DNA of 64,000 bases from Camelus dromedarius (lineage: Eukaryota). The notes under the pieces are model-generated. The model was not told the DNA's origin. It was given only the letters and a program-made list of their open reading frames with translations, and did no database searches. This document shows, in pieces, positions 48,360-60,270 of this stretch (position 1 is the stretch's first letter; each line of letters opens with the position of its first letter). The stretch is taken from contig NC_087438.1 of the NCBI RefSeq assembly GCF_036321535.1, forward strand, positions 5,706,001 to 5,770,000, read 5' to 3'. The position numbers and the translations under genes were made by a program.

Positions 48360-49560
48360 CACAGAGACATTTTAAATGAAATATGGGCAGGAGAAAATGC
48401 TTGAGACTTTCCAAGATTATTTTTTCTTTTTGAGAGAGAACAAAGAGAGACTATATCCTGTGAAATATCAAAATACTCTGAAATTGCAATGACCGTAATT
48501 GTATTAACTCAGAAAAAAGGAGTGAAACAATGAAATAGAAGAGAACTCAGCATAAGGGCCACATAAAATGTTTAAAATACACAAAAAGACAGCATTTCAA
48601 ATCAGTAATGAAAGTATAAATGTCATTAGGAAAAACCTACCAAGCAGATAAACAAAAAGGTATATACCTGCCACATGTCAAGAACCATAATTAGTTTACA
48701 TGGATTGAAAATATAAATAAAAATAATCAGTGTATTGGAAGATTATATAGACGTTCATTTTCTAGTCAGAGTTAGAATTGTTTCATGAAGACACAAATCC
48801 TAAAAGCAAAAATAAATTTAAAGTGAATTGACATGTAAATGAAATAATATATACATTTAATATATATATATGCACAAATATATAAATATATAGTGAATAT
48901 ATAATTGATATATTAACATATATAATATACATATATATGTAGACATATATCTATTTAATTAATATATATAATTAAATATATGTGTAATAATTTAGGGAAG
49001 TTCTGCTTGCTACACAAAGTTTAGAAGCCATACAAAAATTATTGATAGAGCTGATGTCTTGTAAACTCCTCTATATCACAAAAAATACAACAAAACAGTC
49101 AAAAGACAAGTGGTAATGTCTAATAGACAAAAAGTTCTCACAAAGAAATAAGAAAGGATAATAACAGAAAACTATGCAAAGCATATGCAATAGTTAATAT
49201 ACAAAATTAGAAAAATGCAAATTAAACAAATGGTATACAGTTTTCCCTTCAGATTGGCAGAAATTGCTAATCCATAGTGTTGTTGAGGGTGCAGTGTGCA
49301 TGGTAAGCTAGTGTTCCACTTGTGCAATTCCCAGTTGGTATAGATTTTAAAGAAGGTAATCCAGCTATCCCTGTTAAATCTAAAATGCACAGCCCCCCCT
49401 AGAGAAATGTACATTTGTGTGCAAAAAAGACATTTGCAAGGATGGGTGTGGAAACTTCACTTGAAACAGCAGAATAACTGGAAATAACCTAGCTGGCTAT
49501 CAATGCATGATCCGCAGTAGTTAGAAAGACAAAGTATAAATTTACAGGTTTTGATACAAA
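48360..49560 (+). mobile_element. Decayed L1ME-type ORF2/3' fragments interrupted by (TA)n
   Basis: A-rich with L1 motifs ('CAGCATTTCAAATCAGT', 'GTCAAAAGACAA', 'AAATGCAAATTAAAC', 'CAGATTGGCA', 'CTGGAAATAACCT'). Confidence 0.65.
48845..48985. repeat. Degenerate (TA)n repeat
   Basis: Read directly from the sequence. Confidence 0.85.
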
Positions 49561-51259
49561 AATAATCCCAAGGAGAGTGGTGTGTAAGCCTAACCATTAC
49601 AGCCACACGTGTCACAAGCATGTTTTGGGCACATGCTTCTTAAAACACTTAAGGACATTGGAGAAGATGTTGATACATCTTCAGTGATTTGCACCTTCTC
49701 AGTTTCAATGGTCAGGAATATGACAGCAAGGACTCCCAACGCATGGGGAAATATTTTGTGCAAGCTGTATGTTCATTATCAGTTTTCTTGAGATATGAAT
49801 ACTCAATACTGAATTTCTTATTGAGCATATGCTTTCAATTTTTAAGTTCATTGATATCAGAGGAGTTTATTGCAAAACAGAGAAAGAGTGTTACCAAAGA
49901 ATAAAAATAAATAAATGCTAAATCCATTGCAGTGAGAATGTTCCGATTACTGTCCACCTGCTCTTATGTATATTTAATGAGGTTAAGTCAGTTTCTCAGA
50001 GTCTAAGCTCCTTAGAGCACTGGAAAGGGAGAAACCAAGGGATCTCAAAAGGAAGAAGAGGGTCAGATCAGGTAGCTTTCCTCCAAGAAGTAACCAACCA
50101 AAGCCATCAGGTGCGTCTCTCCATTACTCAAACCAGGGTGGGATTGGGGAATAAGAAGATTTTCTAATTACTCTAGATGGTGCTGCTGCGGACGGTTTGA
50201 GGCCCTGGAGGGCAAAGACTGAAACCAGCAACTTTTATTTATATCTTGATCAGGTTAGTTATTTAGTTAACATTCCCTACTACACATAACAAATAGCAAA
50301 AAGACATCCCCGTTGCAGTTCCCCATTCAGCATGGAACGGCACTGTCATTACCAACTGCAACAAGAGGCTTCCATTTCTGGGTGGGAGAGGAGTACTGGC
50401 TGAAAGGGGAAAACTCTCTGCCTTCACTGGAATCTGTACAGAATATTTCAATGACCTTAAAAAACTTTTTCAACATAACAAACTAGTCACATAGCTCAAG
50501 CAGATTAGTCTGGAGTATATAGAAATTTTAGACAAAAGAGGTGTCATTGAAAAGTCATTTTTAAAATGTTTTGCATCTGAGTTATCATGCACATTTGTAC
50601 CGTTGTACCATTAAGTTGGATTTTATTCCCAAATAGCACTGGAAGTCCAGTTACTCTCTGAATCTAATTCTATTCAAGTGGGACCTTGTGCCTGACTAAT
50701 TGTACACGTGAGAGAGCTCTGATTGCAGGCTGTCTTAGTGTCAGTATTCACGGTTTCTATCCCCAGGCTATAACCAAGGTACAAAGCTTTGATTAGGGTC
50801 TTTGTCACTTTCATCCTCAAGGTAGATGTAGAAAGAGATGAAGGAATTCAAAGATTTCATTCAATTTTTTCCCCTAAAGGGTTTGATAAGTATTTCTAAT
50901 ATGAAAAGAATCCTATTTGAAAGTCAAGTTTAGAGCATGGTTTAAATTTTATTTGGGGACTTAAGCCTCATGAAAAAGTCTCACGCTCTTTTTCATGTTT
51001 TAGCTATGCGTGTGGCATATCTATTTGCCGAGAACTCCTTAGGGTGAATAGTATTCCATTAGCTAACCTAAGAAAAAAATCTTCAAAACCAGCAATAGTT
51101 TATAACTCAGGAAATTTCTAAACAGTTTAGGCTCACTAAAAGTAGATTAGGATTAAGAAAAAGTGATATGACATAATATGGTTGGCCTTTTTGACGGCAA
51201 TTAACCAAAAACTAATTTTCCCATCCAAAGCTAATATCTACTAATTATTACATTGCCTT

Positions 51260-51455
51260 TGTTCCAAAAGTGGCACTTAATGATTTACATATATTGTCTT
51301 TTTTATTTTCACAATGATGATACAGATTAGGTATGACTTCCCCCTTTCGGCAAGTGAGGACATTGAGCTTTAAAAGGATAAATACCTTGCCTGAGTTTGT
51401 ACTTCTGGTGGGTGTCCTACAACTGTCATCCAGAGTGTTTATTCTTAAGTCAATA
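51260..51455 (-). mobile_element. MIR SINE
   Basis: 'TTTACATATATTGTCT...TCACAAT...CAAGTGAGGACATTGAG...ACCTTGCCTGAG'. Confidence 0.65.
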
Positions 51456-52169
51456 ACTCAAAAAAAGTAGAACTATCCTAATAACACAAGAAAAAAAGGA
51501 AAAATTCCAGAGCGGAAAATTGGACATTCTCATTCAGTTTAGGAGGAAAACAGCCATTGGAATTTTGGGGATTCAATGTCACTACCAAGGCCGTTCCTCA
51601 TGCAGTTAGATAAAAATTTCTAAATTTCGGGTCCTGATGGTAAAACCACTCCATCTTGGCCTAGAAGATTGAACTTTTCAAGACAACTAAGTCTCTTTAT
51701 TCTAATGCCAACTCAGTAGACACACTTATTCTCAAACAGACCTGCCCGTGTAAGAGATCTTTAAAAAGTCTAATAAACTGACTATTGTGACCCTCTATTG
51801 TATCAGCGAATAGCTTCTGGCTATGATACTGTTTCTCACGCAGCCTGAATAAAGAGAAAACATGCTGAGTGAGTACGAGACACAGTTTCCAGGCTGCACA
51901 GGAATCATGTGGCCCCAAGAGGCGCAGACAGGCATTCTGCTGTCCTCTGAGGATGCGTTCACTTAGGAGGCATGCGTTAGTCCTTTGCAGCCCAATGTCC
52001 CTGGGCACCAGCAAGAGGCAGAGCTCAAAAACCAGAAGGCAACCCAGTTGGCTTTCTTCTAAATGACACAGTTGAACACCAGATGCTCCCAGAACTGCTA
52101 TACACAGGACAGGCCTAACATCTGCAGCCTCAGAACACACTGGATATTACCGAGTCGTTCAGATTTGGG

Positions 52170-52325
52170 AGGGAGGCAGAGCCTGCCCCTCCCCACTCAC
52201 AGACAGGGAGGCCGAGGCTCACAGAGGCGAAAGCACTTACCTGAGGACTCGCATTCAGCCCCACATCCAGTAAGAGCATCTGGAACGGAGGCCTGTGTGC
52301 TTGGGCAGAGCACTTTTAACCAGTC
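52170..52325 (-). mobile_element. MIR SINE
   Basis: 'CACAGACAGGGAGGCCGAGGCTCACAGAGG...ACTTACCTGAGG'. Confidence 0.6.
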
Positions 52326-52582
52326 CAGGGCAGTCTCCACAGAGTTGGCCTTTTAGGGTCATCCCTGTCTCCTCACAGTCTCATGTGCCCCTCGTGCTGG
52401 AGACCATTATTAAACTGAAGATGGGGTCTGAGAATATGCATACTTTGTGATTCCAACTGATGATGAGTTTGATTCCCTGGAGGACAAAGATCGAATCTTA
52501 CACTTTAATTTTTCTAAGCATTTAATGGCATAAGGTCTGTCTCGCACATAATAGGCCCTTATTACTTACCTGATGGTAATTA

Positions 52583-53137
52583 CAGTCTGTCCTCCGCGTC
52601 CATATGTTCTGCATCCTAGGATTCAACCAACTGCAGATAGGAAAAAAAAAAAATTCTGGAGAATTCCAAAAGGCAAAACTTGAATTTGCCACCCACTGGT
52701 AACTATTTACATAACATTTACATTGCATTTACAACTACAAATTGACCCTTGAACAATGAAGTTCCCTAACCCCCATACAGTGGCAAATCCCAGTATAACT
52801 TTACAGTCAGCCCTCTGTCTCCAGGACTCCACATCCCTGGATTCAACTAACTGCAGACCAGGTAGTACTGTGCTATGTGTTTAGTGAAAAAAATTCACTG
52901 TAAGTGGGCCCGCTAAGTTCAAACCTGTGTTGTTCAAGGGTCAGCTGTCTCTACGTAGCATTTACACTGCATTCGGTATTAAAAGTGATCTAGAGATGAT
53001 TTAAAGTGTACAGGAGGATATGTGTAGGCTATACGCAGAGACTAAACCATTTTTACATAAGGGACTTGATCATCCTTGAATTTTAGTATCCGTAGGGGTC
53101 CTGGAACCAATCCACCACAGATAATGAGAGATCACTA
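52583..53137 (-). mobile_element. MER2B-like (TcMar-Tigger) MITE, interrupted by a nested Tigger2-family MITE
   Basis: TA-flanked ends CAGTCTGTCCTCC and GAGAGATCACTA. Contains 'GGATTCAACCAAC', 'CTAGAGATGATTTAAAGT', 'GGGACTTGA' and 'GGGTCCTGGAACCAATCC'. Confidence 0.85.
52738..52947. mobile_element. Tigger2-family (MER8/Tigger2a-like) MITE nested in MER2B
   Basis: Inverted termini CAAATTGACCCTTGAACAA ... TTGTTCAAGGGTCAGCTG, preceded by TA at 52736-52737. Confidence 0.85.
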
Positions 53138-53199
53138 TAATATCATTATCATAATTTATGTCATAGTGATATTGTCTTATTCCCTCACTATTTATCTAA

Positions 53200-53365
53200 A
53201 AGCTTTGGGTAAGTTTGACTACTTTAAGCCTTGACTTCTTCATATTTAAAATGGGGCTGGCATTCCCGCTGTGTAGTGTCTTCGTGAGAACTGAAGATGA
53301 CATGTGTGAGCACTGGACCCCTTCATAGCACGTGGGGGTAATTAATAAAAGGAGGCGGTGAGTAT
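53200..53365 (+). mobile_element. MIR SINE
   Basis: 'CTTTGGGTAAGTT...AAGCCTTGACTTCTTCATATTTAAAATGGGG...GTGAGAACTGAAGATGA'. Confidence 0.68.
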
Positions 53366-55858
53366 TTTGTAATCATGATTATATTTCTAATTAGTAGATC
53401 TTCTGTTTTCTATGGAACCCTCACACAGATAGAAATATAATAGATATTTAATAACGAGAGCTTAATAAGTGCATGTTAGTTGATTAATTAATTGTCAAGA
53501 AATGAAGGCTGAAAAGAAAAATCACCAGAGGGGCTGCTGGCAGAAGCTGTAGTCTCTAATCCATCTACTGAACTCCGCCGTCTGTCCCAGGTTTACACGC
53601 CTGCCTCCTTACCACGTGACTGACTGTGGACTCTCCCGCCCGCGGGCTGTCTGAAAGCAATTGCGGAGTCTTCCACTCCAAAGATCATTTCAACTACCAG
53701 TCCCCAAAGACATGAAAAAAGTCCCTCAATAGACACATTTCCATTCTCATACAAGGCAATGTGAGACCACATTAAAGCTATACCCTCGTGCAACCTATCT
53801 GGGGGACTACAGACTCAGGATTAGTGCTTCATCAGACACCTAGGGGGCGGGAAGAGAGTTCATCCGTAGCTGGGGTAGAGAATGGAATTTTCCAGGGAGT
53901 CCCTTGGACTCTTACATTTCTTTTTATGGGAGAAAGGGGGCATGCAGTTCAGTTAGCATGAAGATTAAAGGGAGCGCTGGGAGGAAGCTAGGTGACAGAG
54001 AGTCAAAGAGCAGCTTGGAGAACTGGGGAAGGCAGGAAGGCAGCGCGCTAACTCACAGGGCCAGGCTTCAGGAGCTTGCCCCGCCCTAAGCGTGTGCCTG
54101 GGAGATGGACTCAAGGACCAGAAGGAATGTGAAGTTTCACAGCCTATGAAGTGGCTAAATGAAAGCACGCCAAAATGCAGTCAGTGAATTTGCATCAAAA
54201 TGATTTACTTCTGTGACTTGAAAATCCAAGGACAAAACGAGTTGGAGGTGGAGAAGGAAGGACAGAACCCAAAACTTCTGATCAAAAAGTTTGGAATCCA
54301 GGCCCGGCCAGTGAGTCGGGACCCGCCTCGGAGGGTCATGGAGGCCATGGCTCTGTGCACCGGCAGCTGGCTGCGGATGCATCCCCGGTAGAGACCAGCC
54401 TCCACACCGCCAACCAGGCGTGAGAGGCAAACCGGCTACTTCACCAAAGCTGACTTGGCAGGCGGCTCCCCTGTGAGTGGGGCCTTTTCTCAAAGGGCCT
54501 GCGCTCACAGGGCAGGAAGAGCACGCCTAGGGACACATCTGTGAGCGCGGCTCCCCTTAGTTCCCACAGCAGGTCCGGGCCTTTTTCCTTCCCAGATGCC
54601 TGCTTCCAGGCAAACCGCGCTGTTGGGACAGGGTTCCATCACCACAACGGCGTTGAAAACCAGAACCACAGTGCAGGCAGCTGATGCTGACTGGAAGGCC
54701 CGAGAAGACCACAGAGGAAGGTCTGCAGGCCAAGAGGTGGCCAAGCAGGCAGAGCTTTTCTCCAGCTTTGTGGGGTCTCTGGAAAACGGCAGTTCCACGA
54801 GCGCACCCCGAAGTCACCCCGAAGTCCTCCCGAACGAATACATTCTCCAGGTGTGGAGAGAAACCAGAGTGACAATGAAGTCACTTAGAATGGGGTTAAA
54901 AGTGGTGCTATCACCAGTACCGGGAATTTTCTTAGAACACCCCCTTCTGTTGTGTAAGTTCACACAAGGCATTTCTTTTAGCCTGTGGGTCCCATGAACA
55001 AATAATTGAGGTACTACATGTACTGTGAACCAAAAGAGTTTGAAACCTCTGCCCAAGTGCCAACAGATATCACCGTTCCCAATAAGGAGAAAGGAATCAC
55101 TGGGTGTATATATTTTCTTTCAAATTATGGTTGGGATACATACAACAGTGAACACAATTTGTGTGTGTAGGAAATATTTGAGGGAGCTTGGATGTAAGCA
55201 GACACCATGATTATCTTTGTCAACTCATATGAAGGTGAGTTAATGAAGTTGGTTGTAATCTTGGGATTATGGTTGAGCCTGAAGACATTTTGATGGTGTT
55301 TGCAAACATTCTAATTGATGACTTTTAGCTTCATTAAATAATGCACACAATATTGTAGAGACCTTAGCCTATTACTTTCCCTGCACCCAAAACAACATTT
55401 AATATTTGGCTTTAGAGTAAATACAGTATTTGTACAGTATAAAGAAGGAATCTCCTTTTAGAAGGGAAATACTTGAGGCATGAATCAGGAAAGGAGAAGT
55501 AAGCCTCAGCAAAAAGAAAGGGAGGAATGTATCAAAGAGGATGAGGAAGTTCTCCCCTACAACTGAGAGGGGAGAAGTAATATTACAGATGCATGTTAAG
55601 TTATAAAAAGCCGACATTTCAGTGCATAGATAGAAAAGACAATGATGACTAAACACAAATGGTGGAGGGAAGAGAAAAGGATATAAGAAAGACATGTTGG
55701 AAAAATGTTCACATGCATGGTGGAAGAAAGAATTAGAAAGAATCTGGGTGCAGGTGGAGAATAAGTTCCTGTGTCCTGGCTGAGCTGAATCTGATGCAGT
55801 GTTGCCCTACTGGTAAGGAAACTAGGACGAATAACTGCATGAAATCCAACTGACTAGG

Positions 55859-56400
55859 CGTAGAAGATCACATTTCCAAAGATGGTAGAAAAATATCTCC
55901 AGTCCCACATGCTTTTTTGTAATGTTATCTTGCCACCTCTCCTGTAGAGATGAGGTCAAATTCCTCTTGCCTCCAAGCTGGTTACTCTGTGATTATTTGA
56001 ATAACTGACAGTGATGTAAGCTGTAATCTGGGGCATCTGAGCTCAGGCTTTAAGCAGACCTGGAAACTCCTCCTTTTGTATTCTTTAGGAAGTTGACCAT
56101 CATGTAAAAATTGGACTAAACTAAGATGGTCCTATTAGTAGAAGACCAACGTAGCCATATGAAGACACCACATGGGGCAGAATCAAGGGCCTGACCCACA
56201 ACCTCCGCTGGACTCCTAGCCAGCAGCCAGGAGTGAGCCACAGGACTGAGGCCATTTTGGAAATGGAACGTCTAACCCTAGCTGGGCCACTCAGCTGACG
56301 CCGTGTGGAGCAGAGTGCAGCTGTCCCCACTGAGCTCTGGTCAAACTGCAGTTTGGAGCACATCAGTGTTCTCGGTCACTGAGGTTTGCAATGCGTAATT
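55859..56400 (+). mobile_element. MLT1G/MLT1H-like (ERVL-MaLR) solo LTR
   Basis: 'TTTCCAAAGATGG...ATATCTCCAGTCCCACATGCT...CTTGCCAC' and 'GAGGCCATTTTGGA...CAGCTGACGCCGTGTGGAGCAGAG...TGTCCCCACTGAGC'. Confidence 0.78.
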
Positions 56401-56504
56401 TGAGGTTTTCTAGCCTTAACATTATTCAGAGTGACTGGCCCAGTTTACTGCTCTTTGCCTCCTCCACTTGAGTGACTTACGTGAGCCCCAATAGGCTTTA
56501 TCTA

Positions 56505-56860
56505 TATCTGTCAGACAAGCAATAGAAACCACTGCAGAAATTTCAAATGAGGAAATTCAATACAGGGATTTATTATATGTGAGATGGGAGAGTGAGAAGC
56601 CAAATGAAAGTCAACCCAGGTGTTGATAAATACTTGAGAGCTGCTGCCATTCGTGGGGCTGACAGAGGAAAGGGGAGGAGAGGAGTATCCAGAACCCGAA
56701 AGCGAGAACCACCTTATGGAGACCACGTAGTCGACGTTGGAACCATGGAGGGTGAGGCTGACCAGCAGGCAGAGGAGCCACAGGGAAGGTGCAGCCTTCT
56801 TCACATGCTTCTCCTTCTTTCTTTGAGTCTCCCTTATTTTCACTGGATTGATGCATGACT
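56505..56860 (-). mobile_element. Old ERVL solo-LTR fragment (LTR33/LTR50/LTR67-group-like)
   Basis: 'AGAAACCACT...ATTTCAAA...AATACAGGGA...TGAGAAGCCAAA...CAACCCAG...GGAACCATGG...GGAGCCAC' resembles recalled antisense ERVL LTRs. Subfamily uncertain. Confidence 0.55.
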
Positions 56861-59139
56861 GCAGTAGCTGCTGAGTTGAAAACCAGATCTGAGTGGCACA
56901 CATCATGCTATATGTATAATTACCCATCCCTGAGACAAGGAAGTCTGTGTACAGTTTCATAATCATGCATGAGAATTTCTCTTCCCCTGAAGCTTCAGTC
57001 CACATACAAATTCACTTCCGATGGCGTTAACCTCTGGGCACATTGCTCAGGCGTGTTCGAAATGCACTTTCAACGTGCTGACCTCAACGAGCTGGAGCGG
57101 CGATGTCAGGCTGGGGGAGGGGGCCGGTGCGCTCACAAGTGGGGGGCCCCCTGGAGGATCACAGCTGAGGGAACGTAAAGGACAGGGATTCCTAAAAGCA
57201 GTCATTTTATTCTTTATTTTCCCAACTTTTTCTCCCTGACTCATCCTCTGACACGCTCCCAGAAACTTCACTTGCCCTCTTTAAAATGTTGTTCCTCAGT
57301 TGATTAAGTCCCAAGGTGTCGATGTTTTGAATTCTGATTTCTAGGGTGCACTTGACTACAGGCCAGGAAAAGGGATGGTAGCAACATTACGTGAGTAACA
57401 GCACAACACCCTGTAAGGAATTAGCCTCTCTATTTTTCAAAACTGGGTGGGCGGCAGCAGGTAGACAACCAGACGCAAGAGATTTAAAATCTTAGCCTAG
57501 AGCCCAGAGTGTTTTAAGAACACACTGGGAGCAACCTTGTACACTCCTTCCTCCCTAATTGCAGTCATTAAAATGTGCTTCACGGTTGGGTTATTGATAT
57601 TTTTATGTGCCATCCATCATATGTAGTATTCACTTTACACAAAAATATCAGTCAATATGAAGAGGCTTTTCACACAATTAAATGTGCGAGGCTGACGTCT
57701 ATCGGGATATCAGAATCTTTCAGAACACATGAGAAATTCCACTACTCGATCACAGTGGTAAAAGGAAATAGAAAAGTTATGAAAATGTAAATGTCAAACA
57801 ATGGAACCAGTTGCCTTGTTAAGACACACTTGAATGACTTAAAGCAATTTCTGCATTATCCTAGTTTTATATTGTGGTAAGAAACCAATTTTTAAGAGTA
57901 AAACTTCTTTGTATCAAGAAATATTGTAGAAAATTTTTGTTGAAAAATTATTCCCCCCTTTTTTAAATGAAATGAAGCCACTACGAACACATTTATTTCA
58001 AAATTAAAATTTGCCTTAGTCCTAATCTAGCCCTAATCAAGAGGTGGACAGGCAGAGGAAATCCATGAATGGAATTGATAGAGGTCAGAGGTAGATGTAT
58101 CGGGGCCACAGATACTGGACTACGGCCAGTAAGAACCCTCCGATAGCGACAGGTCCCATTTTTTCCATTGAATAAAAAGCACCCGCCATTTCCGCACTCC
58201 CACTCCGCTACTTTCCGTCCCACTTCAGGCTTCTTACTTCTGAGCACGTAGAGACTGTCAGCCTTGCGACGGGTCAATCATCACAACTCAGTGCAGCTAT
58301 TAAATCACTGTTTGGAACACAGTCAAGATGATCACAGTCCTTCCACCTGTTCTCCCTCCTTCCTTAATGTGTCCCCACTACCAGTGGCTGGGGGAGGAAT
58401 GACCCAAGGGGCTTCGAGACACTCTGCTCCCGTTGGCCTTGTGAAAAAAGGAGGAATTACCAACAAAATCCTGCAGAGCACTCATGGGGTGTACCAACCA
58501 AAAACACCCCCTGACATCTTTCTTTCCATCAGAACACACTGTGACACTTTACCCCTGTAGCAGCCACCACTGCCGCTTCTTCCCCTCCCACAATGTCTGC
58601 GCTCTCAGGCACGAATGACATGGTCGCAGATGAGAAGAGCCTGGACAGAAGCAAGCTTGGCAGCGGCGGCCCCAGTGCCGTCTGCGCACGGGTGGGCTTT
58701 CTTAGGCTCCAGAAGGCATTTCACTCCCCGTTATTGATGATGGTCATGATAGTAATTCCCCAGCTCTAGTGGCATTCTCAAGTGCCTGGCCTTGGTCAAT
58801 CTCAGACCTGGTTCAGTTTGTCAGAAGACTACTCTCTATTCTCAAGGCAAGTGTTCTTTTAAAATTTTTCTTTAAATCATGTGATCTCAACACAGCAAGT
58901 CAAAAAATGCAGAAAGGAAAAATCAGGTCTTTCTATTCTGAATGGACATTTTTCAGAAGCACAAAATATTTGCAAAGGTTTTTAAGCAGGTCATGGAAAC
59001 GGTGGTCTAGTCAGAGGCTCCAGATCTTATCAAAAGTCTTGCCTTCATTTGTGTAGCTGGGAGTTCTCAATGGTCCAGCAGAACTGAGTTAGCTGGTACC
59101 AACCATAGAAATGAGAGCCACCATTTACTAAGACTTAGT

Positions 59140-59350
59140 TTGCTTCAAACACTGGGTTTAATATCTTTGCACAGAGTTTCAGCTTGTTCCTTAAAACAAC
59201 TTGCCAGGGAGTCATTATCACAGACATTTCATAGGCACAAATCTGAGCATAAAGGATAAGTGGCCCAAACAAGTGTCCTGCAGTGGTCAAGCTTAGATTT
59301 GGAGTGGGCTGAAGCTGGCCTCTCGGCTCCTGTTCTTTCTGCTCTGCTGA
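59140..59350 (-). mobile_element. MIR SINE
   Basis: 'CCTTAAAACAACTTGCCAGGGAG...ATTTCATAGGCACAAATCTGAG...AAGTGGCCCAA'. Confidence 0.55.
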
Positions 59351-59625
59351 GCAGTCCCTGAGGACAGGACCCCAGGGAAAACGCGGAAGACCAATCAGAT
59401 TGGTCAAGGGAAAGCCTCCTTTTCTCAACATTCCCACTGCCCACAGAGAAAATACAATAAACAAACAAAAGAAAAAAATCTAAAGCAGAAGGAAAGAAAA
59501 GAAAAAGACTAAAGAACCAGTAGTTTATCTCCCAAAGGGATATATCAATTTCTATTGAAACAGTTTTAATTTTAATACATTTTTAAAGGTCAAATAAATA
59601 CCAACTTAAAATGGGTAGTTGATCT

Positions 59626-60270
59626 TGTTAGAGCAGGCAGATAGCTAGATATGAGCAGAGAAAGGGGGATGCAGGCCAAGCAGCAGACATTGGACAGAAA
59701 GGAGGGGCTCAGGCCAAATGCAGGAAAACCATAGATCATGTAAGCACCAGGGGTCCCTGGGCAGAGAAAGAAAAGCAGGAACCTCTGGTCTGATAAGGGG
59801 TCACAACTTTTGGGGTGATGAGAGGCCTGGAGGCAGACAAAGAAAGATGGGAAAAGGCAGGAATCCAGTGTCCAAATGTAACCTCTTGCACATTATGCCC
59901 TCATTTCAATAAAATTAGCCTTGCAGATTGGAAGTACCCATCATTTACTGAGGCCAAATCAAGACTAAATAAGGACAAAAGTCCCTCCTCCCCTCGGGAA
60001 GGTGGAGCTGGGATGAAAATCAGCGAATATGACCCTAAACCCTCCCCTCCCCAGTGAATATTCTGTCCATTCATTTTTACACCCTATGCAACCTACTTGC
60101 CAAAGGAACTCAGGGCAGCTGCTCACCTGAGCCTGACCACCTCCCCTTGAGAGTGTACCATCCAACCCTTAATAAATCCTCACTTTACTTTCTTAACCTC
60201 TGTGTCTTTTCTCTGAATTCTTTCTGGGATGGGACAAGAACCTGGACACTGGTTACGTCTGCCAGCAATA
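59626..60270 (+). mobile_element. ERV1 solo LTR (MER50-like 5' end), apparently well preserved
   Basis: Starts TGTTAGAGCAGGCAGATAGCTAGATATGAGCAG. Has 'GAGAGTGTAC', AATAAA at 60171-60176 and a U5-like 'GAATTCTTTCT...ACAAGAACCTGGAC'. The 3' end is at 60267-60270 and no clean TSD is visible. Confidence 0.8.

Noticed and set aside
50168..50186. CTCF-like motif CTCTAGATGGTGCTG
   Set aside because: Lacks the conserved 5' CC. A single partial match in 64 kb is not informative without ChIP data.
56511..57005. 164-aa minus-strand ORF with a hydrophobic stretch
   Set aside because: It lies largely within a decayed ERVL LTR and has no recognisable product.
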